A stretch of DNA of 63,992 nucleotides, the filler included, from Reclinomonas americana ATCC 50394 (Eukaryota), in the NCBI GenBank assembly GCA_048213135.1. It is 15 parts of 15 records of this genome, joined end to end, with 100 filler letters (N's around TTAATTAATTAA, not from the genome) between each part and the next. Parts side by side here need not be neighbours in the genome. Positions count along the whole stretch, not along the records: positions 1 to 5,532 come from AFZH01019760.1; positions 5,633 to 9,128 come from AFZH01019761.1; positions 9,229 to 12,718 come from AFZH01019764.1; 12 more parts are not named here. One strand, given 5' to 3'. The position numbers and the translations under genes were made by a program. A model generated the notes under the pieces. It ran no database searches and was not told where the DNA came from. It worked only from the letters and a program-made list of their open reading frames with translations. Below are positions 1 to 12,000 of this stretch, piece by piece; position 1 is the stretch's first letter, and every line of letters starts with the position of its first letter.

Positions 1-1022
1 TCGGTCGTGACGCGAGGCGCAGCTGCACAGTTCACTCAAGTGGGATCGTGTGCGCAGGCTACCCGGGCGTCGTTGAATTGGATGAGCATTGAGAGCGGTC
101 AGCTGCGCCGAGCGGTGGACAGGTGCTGCGTGGAGATCCTGCGGGCGGACTGTGCGATGTTCGCTTTCCGCTGTGCTGGTGGCAATCAGGCTCAAGCAAA
201 CAATCTTGCACCCAGCTTCAACGAGTTTAGCGTCTACGTAGGCCGCTGACACTCTACTATTTGCGCCACGAAATCCTCTCGAGGCCTCCACGCGTTTGAT
301 TGGCTTTGCCTCCTGAAAGGGAAGATGACTGTTGGAGAAGAACGATTGTCTGCGATAAGGTCATTGTCGGCAATGGACTTGCGGTTCGGGAACGTGAGTG
401 CAGCTGCGGCTAGCGCTGTCCATGACGTCGACGGCATGATCATGACACTCTCTTGTCACCATCAACATGGCGATCTTCATGCACCTGTGTTACTCGTTGG
501 CTTCGTGGAGTTGTTGTTGATGAAAGCTGTCCGCGACGTCATGATCAGCCGAAAAGATGACTCCCCGTCTACTCCCCACGGCGAGTCTTATTTGGCAGTC
601 CTGGTACTTAGCTCAGCCAGCACCACCTGTTCTCGCCACCACCCCACGATTTGCTGACTCAATCCATGGCCACGCTTGCATTTTCGCCTTGGATCAGAAA
701 TTCGAAACGCTGGCGTTAGCCATCGACTGTTTCTCACCTTTGACATCCCATCTTCCACTCAACATAGCAGTGTTCATGCATGCATGCATCTGTGTTGCTG
801 GTTGGATTATTAATGTTGTTGTTGCAGGCTGTCGATGCATATGCATATATCGACGTCGACATCCGCCAAGAAGATGATCATGACACTCTCTTGTCGCCAC
901 GGCGACGTCGATTCCTCTCTGGCAGTCCTGGCATTCTACTCGACCCTCTACAGTACTTGTTTCTCACCAACACACTCACGAACGTCGCTATTTACTGTCC
1001 TGTCACCCCATTACGTTTTCTG

Positions 1023-1471
1023 ATGGGTTTCGAGGGCGCTGAAGGTGGCGGAGGCAGCGGCTCAGGCGCAGCTGCTCCTCCACCTCCTCCACCCGCTGCA
1101 GATGATGATCACGGCGAGGTTGTTCTCGAGCAGCAAGTGATGCGACTCTGTGCGAGTGGCAAGCGCGAGGAGGAACAGTTTGAGTTTTGTGTGGTGCGCG
1201 CTGTGCATCGTCGTCCGTTGTTGGATGTGCAGCCGCCGCGTCCGTGGATGGAGCATGTCGCGGAGGAGTCGAGGGCGATGGCGGGAGAGTATTTGTGTTC
1301 AGTGTGCATGGTGAGGGGGAGGGGGGAAGGAGAGGGAGGGGGGGAGGGAAGGGGGGAGGGAGGGGGGAGAGGGGAGGGAGAGAGAGGGTTGAGAGATAAA
1401 ACAGAGTGTCATGACTCTTGTGTTTCTCTGGATGTCACAACAGTGCAGCTTTCTTCATTACGCGTTTGTGC

Positions 1472-1526
<55 letters not shown>

Positions 1527-4225
1527 AAGGAGAGAGAGAGAGAGAGAGTGAGTGAGCGAGACACACACACATCGCAGGAATGTTTCTCCGATGCGTGGAC
1601 AGTTACTCTCCTTGTCTGCGCGTGGTGTGCGTGTGTGTGAGAGAGAGGAAGACTTCTGCGGCATTGCTTGACTCTTGCATTCTCCTGATGTCACTGCAAA
1701 CACTCTCTCTCTTCTCTCATCTTTTCACGCACGCACTGTCTCTCTCGCACACTTTCCCTGTCGTTTTCCACGTCCTCCACTCCTTGTTTCGCCTCTTATT
1801 CTTCTTCCTACTCTCCTCCTCTCACTGCACTCTTTTCTCTATCTCTCCCAATGGCAGCACTCTCTCACTCTGTCGCTACACTCTCCGTCTCTGTCGTGTC
1901 ACGCACGCCTCCTCGTTGTTGTCTCCTTTTGTTCCTTCTCCTCCTTCTCACTCTTGCTGTCTCCTCTCGCTCCTCCCTCCCGTCCCCCTCCCTCTTCCTC
2001 CCTCTCTCTCACACACTCTTCCTCATCTTGCTTTCTGTTTCTCCTCCCCTCCTGCTGTGTCTTCTGTATTTCCCTCTTCTCACATCCTTACGACGCCCTT
2101 TTGCTCCACAGGATCTGTGCGCTCCGGACTTCGTGTTGTGCGCCAGCGAGTTGCATCACTTGTGTCGGTGAGTAGGCGGCTGTCCGCGTCTGTGTTGCGC
2201 GTTCACGCTGACGAGCTGCATGTGTTGCCAGTGAGCATATTACCGACGCGGAAGTGGATCTGTGCGGCGATGGTGTCACGACTCGTGCCACGGCGCATGA
2301 GGTGCAGCGTCGACTGCGCTTGACGTATGAGAACTTGAAGGTTGCTGCGTTCTCCTTCATGTGTGTGTTCTTTTGGATGACTCATGCGGAGATGATGAAA
2401 ACAGATTGGATGCCCATTGTGTCACGCGCCCATGGTTTGTGTCGTCTCTCTCTCTCTCTCTGTCGCTTTCTCACTGTTACTCTCTCACATACCTTCTCTG
2501 TCTCTCCCCATGTCCTCTCATTCTCGGCGTCATTCTCTCGTTTTCTTCGCTCCCAATCATCCTCTCTCTGTATCTCCCTCTTCCTCTCAAGCCCCTCCGA
2601 TTGTTGGTGTCTTCTCTCGTTCTCTTTGCTCCCTCTCACTATCAGTCTCTCGTCTTCCTTCTCGTCATCCTCTCTCTCCCTCTCCCTCTCCGCTCACTGT
2701 TGATGAACAGACGGTGGGCGACTATTACCGCACGCATGGGCCGTCGCAGTGTCCGTATGCATGCGAGAGGTGTGGACAGCAGATGATACTCGAACGCACG
2801 GCAGAACATGCGTGGAGTGGGTGCTTGCGGGAGTGTCCACTCGGATGTGGAGCGAGGATGGCGCTGTGTGAGATGGTGGAGCACAGCTGGAGTGGGTGCA
2901 TGCGAGCGTGTCCTCGTGGGTGTCAGCAGCAGTGTTCATTGGCCGATATGCAGCGGCATCTGGGTGAGTGTGCATTGAAGGAGAGAAGTGAATGCGTGTG
3001 AATGACACTGATTGTTCTCTTGTGGCAGAAACCGAGTGCCGACTGCAGCACGCAGCATGTCGTGGTGGTGATCTGGGGTGCGGATGGCGTGGTATTATCG
3101 GTGAACGAGCAGAGCATGAGCGAGTGTGTGATGTGTTGCGAGTGGAGCGACCGCTACGAGAGGTGAGGGTTGGAATGACGGGCAGTGGATGCTTGTACGT
3201 GCTCTGACTTGACTTTGGTATGCAGTTGCATGAACGAGTGCGAGAGCTTCCCCAGCTGCACATGCAAGTGCGTGAGCTTTCACAACTGGTGGCTGAAGGC
3301 AGGGAGCAGCTGGTCGCGTGTACTGAGCAACTTGCATCCGAGCGCCGCATGCGTGAAGCTCTTGAGAGAGGTGTTGCTGAGGTCTGTGATGAGAATGCCG
3401 GTTACTTGTTCGGGTGCACCTCCCCTCATTCCGTCTCTTGTACTGCAGCTGCTCGCCCGTTTGGAGCCACTGGAGATGCGCGAACGAGAGATCCTGGAGC
3501 GAGAGGCAGCTGAACGTGAGCGGCTGGTCCGGGAGCAGGAGGAGCGAGAGAGGCAAGCCAGAGAGCGAGCGGAGCGACAGCTTGCGGAGGGAAAATTCGG
3601 CAGCGATCTGCTGAGTGCGGCGGATGGGCGAGTGGTTCTGCGATGGGTGCAGCAGGCGCGAGGAGGCGGTGTTAGTGTGCCCAAGTTGACCTTGTTGTTC
3701 AAGGGCAGTCGAGATGGGTTTGCGGCCGCCACATTCCATCAACGATGTGACAATCGTGGGTGAGTGAGGGAAGGTGGCGGGGAAAGGAGAGAGTTCTTGG
3801 TGGTTGAAGAATGAGCGACTGCGTGCAGAGCGACTCTGACAGTGGTCAAGTCGTCGACAGGACGAGTGTGCGGCGGCTACACGCCTGTGTCGTGGCAGTC
3901 ACCGGCGTCACAAAGTTTCCTTGCCGATCCTTCTGACACCACCTTCTTGTTCGCCGCATCGTGGAGCGGTGCATGTGCACGGCGGTTTGCTCTGAAGGCC
4001 GATCACAAACAAAACGCAGCGGTTCACCGTTTTGACTATGGACCGGCATTCGGACAGTCAGGCGCTCTATTCGTGTCTGACAACTGCAACAGCGACAGCA
4101 GTAGCCACGGCGGTTACCCTGCTACCTCGTACCAGAGCACCGACGGTGGAGCGCTTGATAGCACGACGCTGATGGGATCGGTGACGTTCCAAGTTGCCGA
4201 CTACGAAGTCTTCCTCGTGGAGTGA
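1023..4225 (+). CDS. RING-like/TRAF-type zinc finger - coiled coil - TLDc domain protein, copy 1 (multi-exon)
   Basis: Spliced model: MGFEG...YLCSVCM|DLCAPDFVLCASELHHLCR (RING-like), micro-exon IGCPLCHAPM, TRAF-type fingers (CERCGQQ..EHAWSGC, CPLGC..EHSWSGC, CPRGC..RHL), an E/R-rich coiled coil, then TLDc motifs LLFKGSRDGF..FHQRCD and GGYTPVSW, ending VADYEVFLVE*. GT-AG phases are consistent. Confidence 0.88.
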
Positions 4226-4351
4226 ACGAACAACAACAACGACGACGTCGCTGTCCTCTGTTGTCTCGCCCGCCACTCCGTCGTCGACGTCGACGCATGT
4301 CTTCATAGGCGCAGGACACTAAACTCTGTTCCGTCGTACACCTCGCCGCGA

Positions 4352-4701
4352 ATGGGCTTCGAAGACGCAAACAGCGGCAAAGGCAGTGGATCAGCCTCCG
4401 CTCCTCCTCCTCTGCCACCCGCTCCCCCTGTCGCCGACTGTGCCAGCGAGATCGTTCTCGAGCAACACATCTTGCGACTTGCTGACTCTGAGGAACAGTA
4501 TGAGTTCCGCGTGGTGCGCGATGTGAATCGTCGTCGGCCATCAGAGGCAGCAGGTGAAGATGTGCAGCCACCACGTTTGTGGATGGAACAAGTCGTGCAA
4601 GAGTCGCGGGCATTGGCGGAGGAATACAAGTGTCCAGTGTGCATGGTTAGTGTCCACTCGCTCTTCTCTGTCTCACACACACAGACACACTCATTCTCTC
4701 T

Positions 4702-4738
<37 letters not shown>

Positions 4739-5431
4739 TGTGTGTGTGTGTTCGCATCGATGACTTTTTTCTGGACAACAGGATTTGTGCACTCCAGACT
4801 TTGTGCTGTGCGCCAGCGAGCTGCATCACTTGTGCCGGTGAGTGGAACGAGGCAGCGTAGTGCCTGTTTGCATACATACCTCTCTTGTGCATTTGTTATG
4901 TCGCTCGGTCTCTGGTGTTGTCCAGTTCCTTGCGCAAGTCTCCTGTCAAGATTTGCCATCCTCTCGCGCTTTCTCTCTGTCTTCCTCACTTGGTGTCTGT
5001 CGTTCTCCATTCAGTTGCATCTTATCTCACTTCCCGTCTGTCTCGTTTTCTCATTTTTCGTTCACTGTCTCTCCGTTTCTTCCGCTGAATGCTGTCTTTG
5101 TTGAGTTGCATCCCAAGTCTGTCTGTCTTCCCTCGGCCTCCTCCGTTGTCTCTCTTTTGTACTCTTCATCTTTCTCTGCATGATTTTTTTACACGACCTT
5201 CAGCATCTCGTTGTATGCTCTTCTCTCTCGACTCCGACTTCTCTCTCCTCTCTCTCCTCTCCCTCGTCTCTCTCACACTCTCTCTGCACTGTCTTCCGCA
5301 CTTGGTCTCTGGCGTTCTTTCTTCAGCTGCATCCCAAGTTTGTTTCTTTCTCTTGCACTCTCTCCGCCTTTTTTCGTCACGCTCCATCTGCAGTCTTAGA
5401 GTCTCTTCTGACACATGCTTCTCTCATCCCG

Positions 5432-5472
<41 letters not shown>

Positions 5473-5490
5473 GTCTCTCTCTTCTCTCTG

Positions 5491-5532
<42 letters not shown>

Positions 5533-7806
5533 NNNNNNNNNNNNNNNNNNNNNNNNNNNNNNNNNNNNNNNNNNNNTTAATTAATTAANNNNNNNNNNNN
5601 NNNNNNNNNNNNNNNNNNNNNNNNNNNNNNNNTCTTTCTTTCTCTGTCTCTCTCACTCTCCCTTTCTACCTCTCACTGCACTGGGCTTCCCAAATCCGTC
5701 TCTTCCTACCCCCCCCCCCCCCTTCTGTTTCTCTCTTTCTCCAGCACCTCCTTTCCCTTTTACTGACTCGTGCTTCACAGTGAGCACATTACAGCGGCTG
5801 GCTCTGATCTGTGTGGCGACGGAGCCACATCTTTGGCCACATTGAAGGAGGCACCTCGACGGCTGCAGCTCATGTACACCAACATGAACGTTCCGTCTGC
5901 CTGTCCTCGCTGTGCATCGCCAGTGCTGCTGACATGATGGAGGCCACAGGTAACATGCCCACGATGCCATGTACCGACGGTTTGCTGTCCCCAACTTCCT
6001 TCCACTCAATCTTTCTCTTCTCATCTCACTGCGGATGCCAGACTGTGGGCGATTATTACCGCACGCATGGCCCGTCACAGTGCCTGCACACTTGCAACAC
6101 GTGTGAACAGGAGATGACTCTGGACCGCACGGCGGAGCATGCGTGGAGTGGGTGCTTGCGCGAGTGCCCTCTCGGATGCGGAATGCAATTGGCATTGAAC
6201 GAGATGGTGGAGCACAGCAGAACCGGGTGCATGCGAGCGTGTCCGCGTGGATGTCAGCAGCGATGTTCACTGGCGGATATGCAGCGTCATCTTGGTGAGT
6301 GTGCTTGATGCAGAGGGCGTGCATCCTGACACTAGTTTATCTTGTGCTGCAGAAACGGAGTGCTGCCTCCTGCAGACAGCGTGCCGTGGCAGCGAACTGG
6401 GATGCGAATGGCATGGCGTCGTCGGCGAGCGAGACGAGCATGAGCGACTGTGCGATGTGTTGCGAGTGGAACGACCGCTGCGAGAGGTGAGCGTGATTGG
6501 CATACGACACTTATGCACGCGTTTTGCCTCATGTTTTACATGCACAGCTGCATGGTCGAGTGCACGAACTCTCCCAGCAGCTTGTGGAAAGCAGGGAGCA
6601 ACTTGCTACAGAGCGACGCATGCGCGAAACTCTCGAGAGAGGTGTTGCCGAGGTTTGTTCTGCATTTAGCGTCGTCCACTTATTCTTGCCACCCTAAATC
6701 CTCCTTCCCTTACCGCAGCTGCTCGCCCGTCTCGAGCCGCTGGAGATGCGCGAACGCGCACTGCAAGAACGCGAGGCGGCCGAACGCGAGCGGCAGGCCA
6801 GAGAGCGAGAGGAGCGAGAGCGGCAGATCAGAGCACGGGAGGAGCACGAGCACAGCTTCGAGCTGCTGAGTTCCGCCGATGGCCTGCTGAGTGCGGCCGA
6901 TGCGCGAGTGGTGATGCAGTGGGTGCAGCAGGCGCGTGGCGGCAAGAACGCCCTGCGGTTGACGTTGCTGTTCAAGGCCAGTCGGGATGGCTATTCGGCG
7001 CACGCATTCCATCAGCGGTGCGATGATCGTGGGTGAGTGTGGAGAGGGGGAGGGGGAGAGAGGGATGGGGGGGAGGGGGAGGGAGAGGGGGAGGGAGAGG
7101 GAGAGGGAGGGCAAGGGTGAGTGGTGGAGGGAGGAGAGGAAGAGAAGAAAGAAAGGAAGAAAAAGAAGAAGTACGAAGGAAACAGAGAAGGACAGGCTGA
7201 CAGACAAAGGGAGAAAGACACAAAGAAAGAGGAAAGTAAAAAAGAAAGAAAGAAAGAAAGAGAGGGAAGGAGAGAGATGAGAGTGTAAGATTGAGGGAAA
7301 GAGAGAGCGAAAGAAAGAGAGAGAGAGTGAGAATATTAATGGGAGGGAGTGTGAGAGAGAAAGAAGGAGATGATTGACTTCCGGCGCACAGAGCAACACT
7401 GGTTGTGATCAAGTCATCCAAGGGGCGCGTGTGTGGCGGATACACACCGATCCCGTGGCAGTCGTCGGGCGATCGCGCCGGCGACCCATCCTGTTCCAGC
7501 TTCCTGTTCTCGGCATCGTGGAGCGATGGAGGAGCGCGACGATTCGCGCTGAAAGAGGAGCGGAAACAGCATGCCGTGTTTCACCTCGGCAGACACGGGC
7601 CGATCTTTGGCGGCGGTGGATCCGTCTCCAGTCTGATATCGGGCTCTGGGTGCCTGTCCGTGGCGGACAAGTGCAACAGTAACGGGCAGAGCAGCAGTGC
7701 ACCCGAGTCGTACCAGAGCACGGACGGTGGGGCGTGCAATAGCAAGACGCTGATGGGTGCGCCGTACTTTATGGTGGCGGACTATGAGGTGTATCTGGTG
7801 GAGTGA
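4352..7806 (+). CDS. RING-like/TRAF-type zinc finger - coiled coil - TLDc domain protein, copy 2 (tandem paralogue, spans one gap)
   Basis: Same exon order and motifs as copy 1 (MGFED, YKCPVCM, VTCPRCHVPT micro-exon, TVGDYYRTHGPSQC, LLFKASRDGY..FHQRCD, VADYEVYLVE*). Confidence 0.88.
5533..5632. other. Artificial scaffold gap spacer N44-TTAATTAATTAA-N44 (first of 14)
   Basis: Identical 100-bp spacers start at 5533, 9129, 12719, 16371, 21404, 23623, 31529, 33433, 36101, 45737, 53284, 55950, 58041 and 62260. The 12-mer gives stop codons in all six frames. Confidence 0.97.
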
Positions 7807-7857
7807 ACCATAAGGCGAAGGGGAGATCTGTTACGTATCATGGACTTGGTGTGCACG

Positions 7858-8067
7858 CTGCTGCTGCCGCCAAGACTGGTGTTTGTGTTGGACATGGTCA
7901 TCAAGACAGCTTGTTGGTGAATCGACTGTTGTTGTTATGTTGTCTGCAAGGACGACATCGATTCGCGCGATCTGCTGCTGTAACAACAACAGCAACAGCT
8001 GTCTTGATGACCAAGTTCAACCATACCCAAAACATCAACACAGACACCAATCTTGAGGCAGCAGCAG
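7858..8067. repeat. Imperfect inverted repeat (foldback) just 3' of the copy-2 stop codon
   Basis: ctgctgctgccgccaagactggtgtttgtgttg...tggtcatcaagacagcttgttg (7858-7916) is reverse-complementary to caacagctgtcttgatgacca...caacacagacaccaatcttgaggcagcagcag (7993-8067). Confidence 0.75.
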
Positions 8068-8481
8068 GTTCCTTGTGTGTGTGTGTGTTCGCTCTCGGAG
8101 CTCCGAACAAGTCGAGAACTGCGATCTTCACCGCATAAGCGTGGTTGACCAGTGGATTTGACGCACTTGCATAAGACGCATAGCGTTTTCTGCGATCGTA
8201 CACGGCACATCGAATTCGGGAAAAGGCCACAAGCCAGGCAAAGCAAAGCAAAGCCGGGTCCGGATCCGTGAAGCAAGCAAAGCAGCGTCGTCATTGGCGG
8301 TGTGGTTGAACAGAAGAGGTCAAGGGTCCCATACGCAACAATATGCATCAACCGGTGACCGCCAACAGTGTCGTGTGCTTCCTCTCATTCACCTCTAGAT
8401 CTTCCCCAACATTGTTGTGCTGTCATCTTCGAATTCCCTTTGAGGCCAAGGAGGCAATTGCAAAGCCATGGCCAACCAACA

Positions 8482-8560
8482 ACACTTAATTCACCACATT
8501 CCAATAATGCGATAAAACGCCTACAATTCCCTTGCCGACAATGACCTTGCAATTGGCACA
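8482..8560 (-). repeat. Dispersed ~75-bp repeat, second copy at ~45459-45530 (+)
   Basis: Both copies share the core caaggtcattgtcggcaaggga.ttgt....tcgcattattg.aatgtgg.gaat.aagtg. Confidence 0.75.
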
Positions 8561-8770
8561 AAATCGATCGCCAATTAAATTCCTCGACCTGCAATCCACA
8601 CGCCAAAACAAAGCACGCCCATTCATACAGCTGATCGCCACACAGAAGATTCGCCACCTGGCTTTACATCGCTCACAACGAACCTCACAAACACCGCGCA
8701 ACTTCACACTTGTCCCGCGAAGTGCAACGGTCGAAAAACTTCAAAGTCGCACACACACACACGCTCACAC

Positions 8771-9045
8771 ATGGGCGACTCTGTGGGAGCCTCGGGCTCT
8801 GCAGTTACGCACAACACCACACACTCTCTCACACAGACACACAGATGCTCTCACACACGTGTCGCGCGCGTGTGTGTTGTGTTTGTGTGTGTGATCGCTC
8901 ACTCTCACTCTTCTCTCTGACAGGCACAAGCAGCTGCGCCCAAGCTTCAAATTGCGACTGCCTCGCGGGAGGAGCTCATTGAGTTCACCAAGAAGCAGAG
9001 CACACAATTGCGCGATGTCTTTGCAAAGTATAAGAGTTGCGTTTT

Positions 9046-9080
<35 letters not shown>

Positions 9081-12000
9081 TGTGTGAGAGAGAGAGAGAG
9101 ACGACGCTCTACTCTACTACTCGTTCGGNNNNNNNNNNNNNNNNNNNNNNNNNNNNNNNNNNNNNNNNNNNNTTAATTAATTAANNNNNNNNNNNNNNNN
9201 NNNNNNNNNNNNNNNNNNNNNNNNNNNNTTGCTCAGTTTAATGATTGTTGCCATGTTACTCGACAGCATGCTTTCGCACTCATCTGGATCTTATTGTTAT
9301 CAGCCTTTTTCTCTCATCCGTAATTCCCTTCGTCTTTCTCCCCCTTTCCCTTTCATCTCAATTTCCCTTCCTCCCTCCTCTCTTCCCTCTTATCCCCTTC
9401 CCCCTTCCTCCTTCACCCCCTTCCTCCTTCACCCCCTTCCTCCTTCACCCCCTTCCTCCTTCACTCCCTTCCCCCTTCCCCCATCCACCCTTCCCCTTAC
9501 CTCCTCCCCTCCCACAGGCCACCAAAAATTCCCAAGAACTCGACCAAGCCAACATCAAACTCCGCTCCCGCCTCGAACGCCTCGTGCAAGTCACCGCCGA
9601 CCGCGACTCCGAAGTGGAGCGCCTGGTGGCCGAGGGCAACGCCGCGCGCGAGGCGCACGCCCGCCAACTGGCCGACCTGCAAGCCGAGCTGCAACGCCTG
9701 CGCACTTCGCTGCAGCAGCAGCAGGCCGGCGACAAGTCCGAGTTGGAGGCGCTGCAGCAGGAGCTGGAGCAGACGGCGCAGGAAAAGTCGTCGGCCGAGG
9801 AGGAGATTCGCCAGCTGCTGGGGGCGCACGGCGAGTTGCGCGAGCAACTGGAGGCGGCGAATCGCGAGCGGGACACGCTGGCCGCCGAGCGCACCATGCT
9901 GCAGTCGCGGCTGGAGGTGCTGGGTGGTGACTTTGCGCAGCTGACCACCAGCAGCGACGCCGCCGTGGCGGAGCGCGACGCACGCATTGAGCAGCTGCAA
10001 GCGACGCTCCGGCAAGGCGGACAGGCCGTGTCGCAGCTGGAGAATGCGCTGGCCAGCGCCAAGGGCGAGATGGCGGCGGAGCAGGAGCGCCTCAACGCGG
10101 TGGTGGCGCAATTGAATGCACAGGTGGTGGCGTTGAGTGGGGAGCGCGATGCGCTGGCGACGCGCACCAAGGATCTCGGCGTGCAACTGGCCGGCGTGGT
10201 GGCGGAGCGCGATTCCTACGCCTCGCGCATGCACTCGGAGGAGGCGGAGGCTGGGGAGGCGGCAGCGCGCGCAGCCGCGGTCGAAGCACGCTCGGCCGAA
10301 CAGGCGGCGCAGTTGGCACAGGCGCAGCAGCAGGCGGTGGAGCTGTCGGCGCAGGTGGAGGCGCTGCAGAGCAAGCACAGCAACACCGTGGCCAAGGCCA
10401 AGGAGAAGCTGCAGGAGCTGGTGCAGCAGCGTGATGCGGCACTGGCGTCGGCCGAGGAACACGCCGCCGCACGCGTCGCGGCAGTGGAGGCGTTGCAGGC
10501 GGCTGGCAAGGAGGCCGAGGTGCTGCGCGCGACACTGGAGAGCCATGCAAAGGAGGCGCATGATGCTGCCGAACAGGTGGCTCGCCTGACGGCCGAGTTG
10601 GAGGCGGCGCGCGAGGCGGAGCAGAAACTGAACGAGGCGCGACAAGGCGCCGATGTGCGTCTCCACGAGCAGGCCGCTCTGATTGCGCAGTTGACGGCCG
10701 CCAAGAGTGCCGCTGAGGTGCAAGTCGACGAACTGAATGCGGCGCTGGCGGACGCCACGGCGCGAGCACTGCAGGCGGAGAATGAACTTGCCGAGGCGCA
10801 GGCGCTCTCTGCCTCAGTGGAACAGCAGCTGGCCGAGGCGGCGGCGCAGGTTGTCGCCACCGAGCCGCTGGCCAAGTTGCATGAGCAAATGTCGGAGATG
10901 TCGGGCCGGCACGACGCGCTGCGCAGCGACTTGAAACACGCGCACGATGAGACGGCGGCCGCGCAAGCCCGCGTGGCGGAGCTGGAGCAGGAGGTGCTGG
11001 CGGCCAAGGAGAATGCCAGTGCAGCGCATCAGCGACTCGCCGAGATGGAGCAGGCGGCGCAGGCGCAACTGGCCGCCGTGGCTGAGCACGCTCGTGTGGC
11101 GGTGGAGGCACGTGCGGCGGTGGAAGCGCGACTTGCGGAGGCGGAGGCGCAGGTGCACGCCGCAAGCGAGGAGACGCGCGCTGCAAAGATGCGGCTCGCG
11201 GAGGTGGAGCAGCAGGCTCGGTTGGCGACCGAGGCTGGTGGGGCCAGTGAGGCAAGATTGGCGGCTTTGGAGGAGCAGGCTCGATTGGCCGCCGGGGAAG
11301 CGCAGGTGGCCAAGGCGCGGTTGGTGGAGATGGAGGAGCAGGCTCGACTGGCGACCGAGGCTGGTGGGGCCAGCGAGGCAAGATTGGCGGCATTGGAGGA
11401 GCAGGCTCGACTGGCCACTGAGGAAGCGCAGGCGGCCAAGGCGCGGTTGGTGGGGGTGGAGGAACAGGCTCTGTTGTCTGCTCAGGAAGCGCAGGTGGCC
11501 AAGGCGCGGTTGGTGGAGGTGGAGGAGCAGGCTCGACTGGCCAGTGAGGCTGGTGGCGCCAGTGCGGCAAGGCTGGCGCAGTTGGAGGAACAGGCTCGGT
11601 CAGCCGCCGAGGAAGCGCAGGCGGCCAAGGCGCGACTGGCGGAAGTGGAGCAGCAAGCTCGGTTGGCAACTGAAGCTGGCGGTGCCAGTGCAGTGCGACT
11701 TGCGCAGTTGGAGGAGGAGGTCCGAAGTGCGACCGAGGAGGCGTCCGCGGCCAAGTCGCGACTTGCAGAAGTCGAAGAGCAGGCCCGTGTGTCGAGCGAG
11801 GAGAGGGCCGTGCTCGAGGCGGTGTGTTATTTTTTACCTCCCTTTTTGTGCGGCTTATTCTCACCGCTACTTCTCACAGGAGCTCACCGAAGCCAGACAG
11901 CAAGTGAGCGAGGTGCGGTTTGCTGCATTTTCTTTTGCAGTGAGCGTATCCATCCCTGACTTTCCTGCGATGTTCAGGTGTCTCAGCAGCTTGAGGCAGC

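Noticed and set aside
780..1022. Signal-peptide-like N-terminal extension of TRAF-TLDc copy 1
   Set aside because: It derives from the dispersed intergenic element, and paralogue 2 starts at the equivalent MGFE.
5577..5588. TTAATTAATTAA repeated 14 times (possible regulatory or piggyBac TTAA site)
   Set aside because: Always centred in an exact 100-bp N block, so it is an assembly spacer with six-frame stops.
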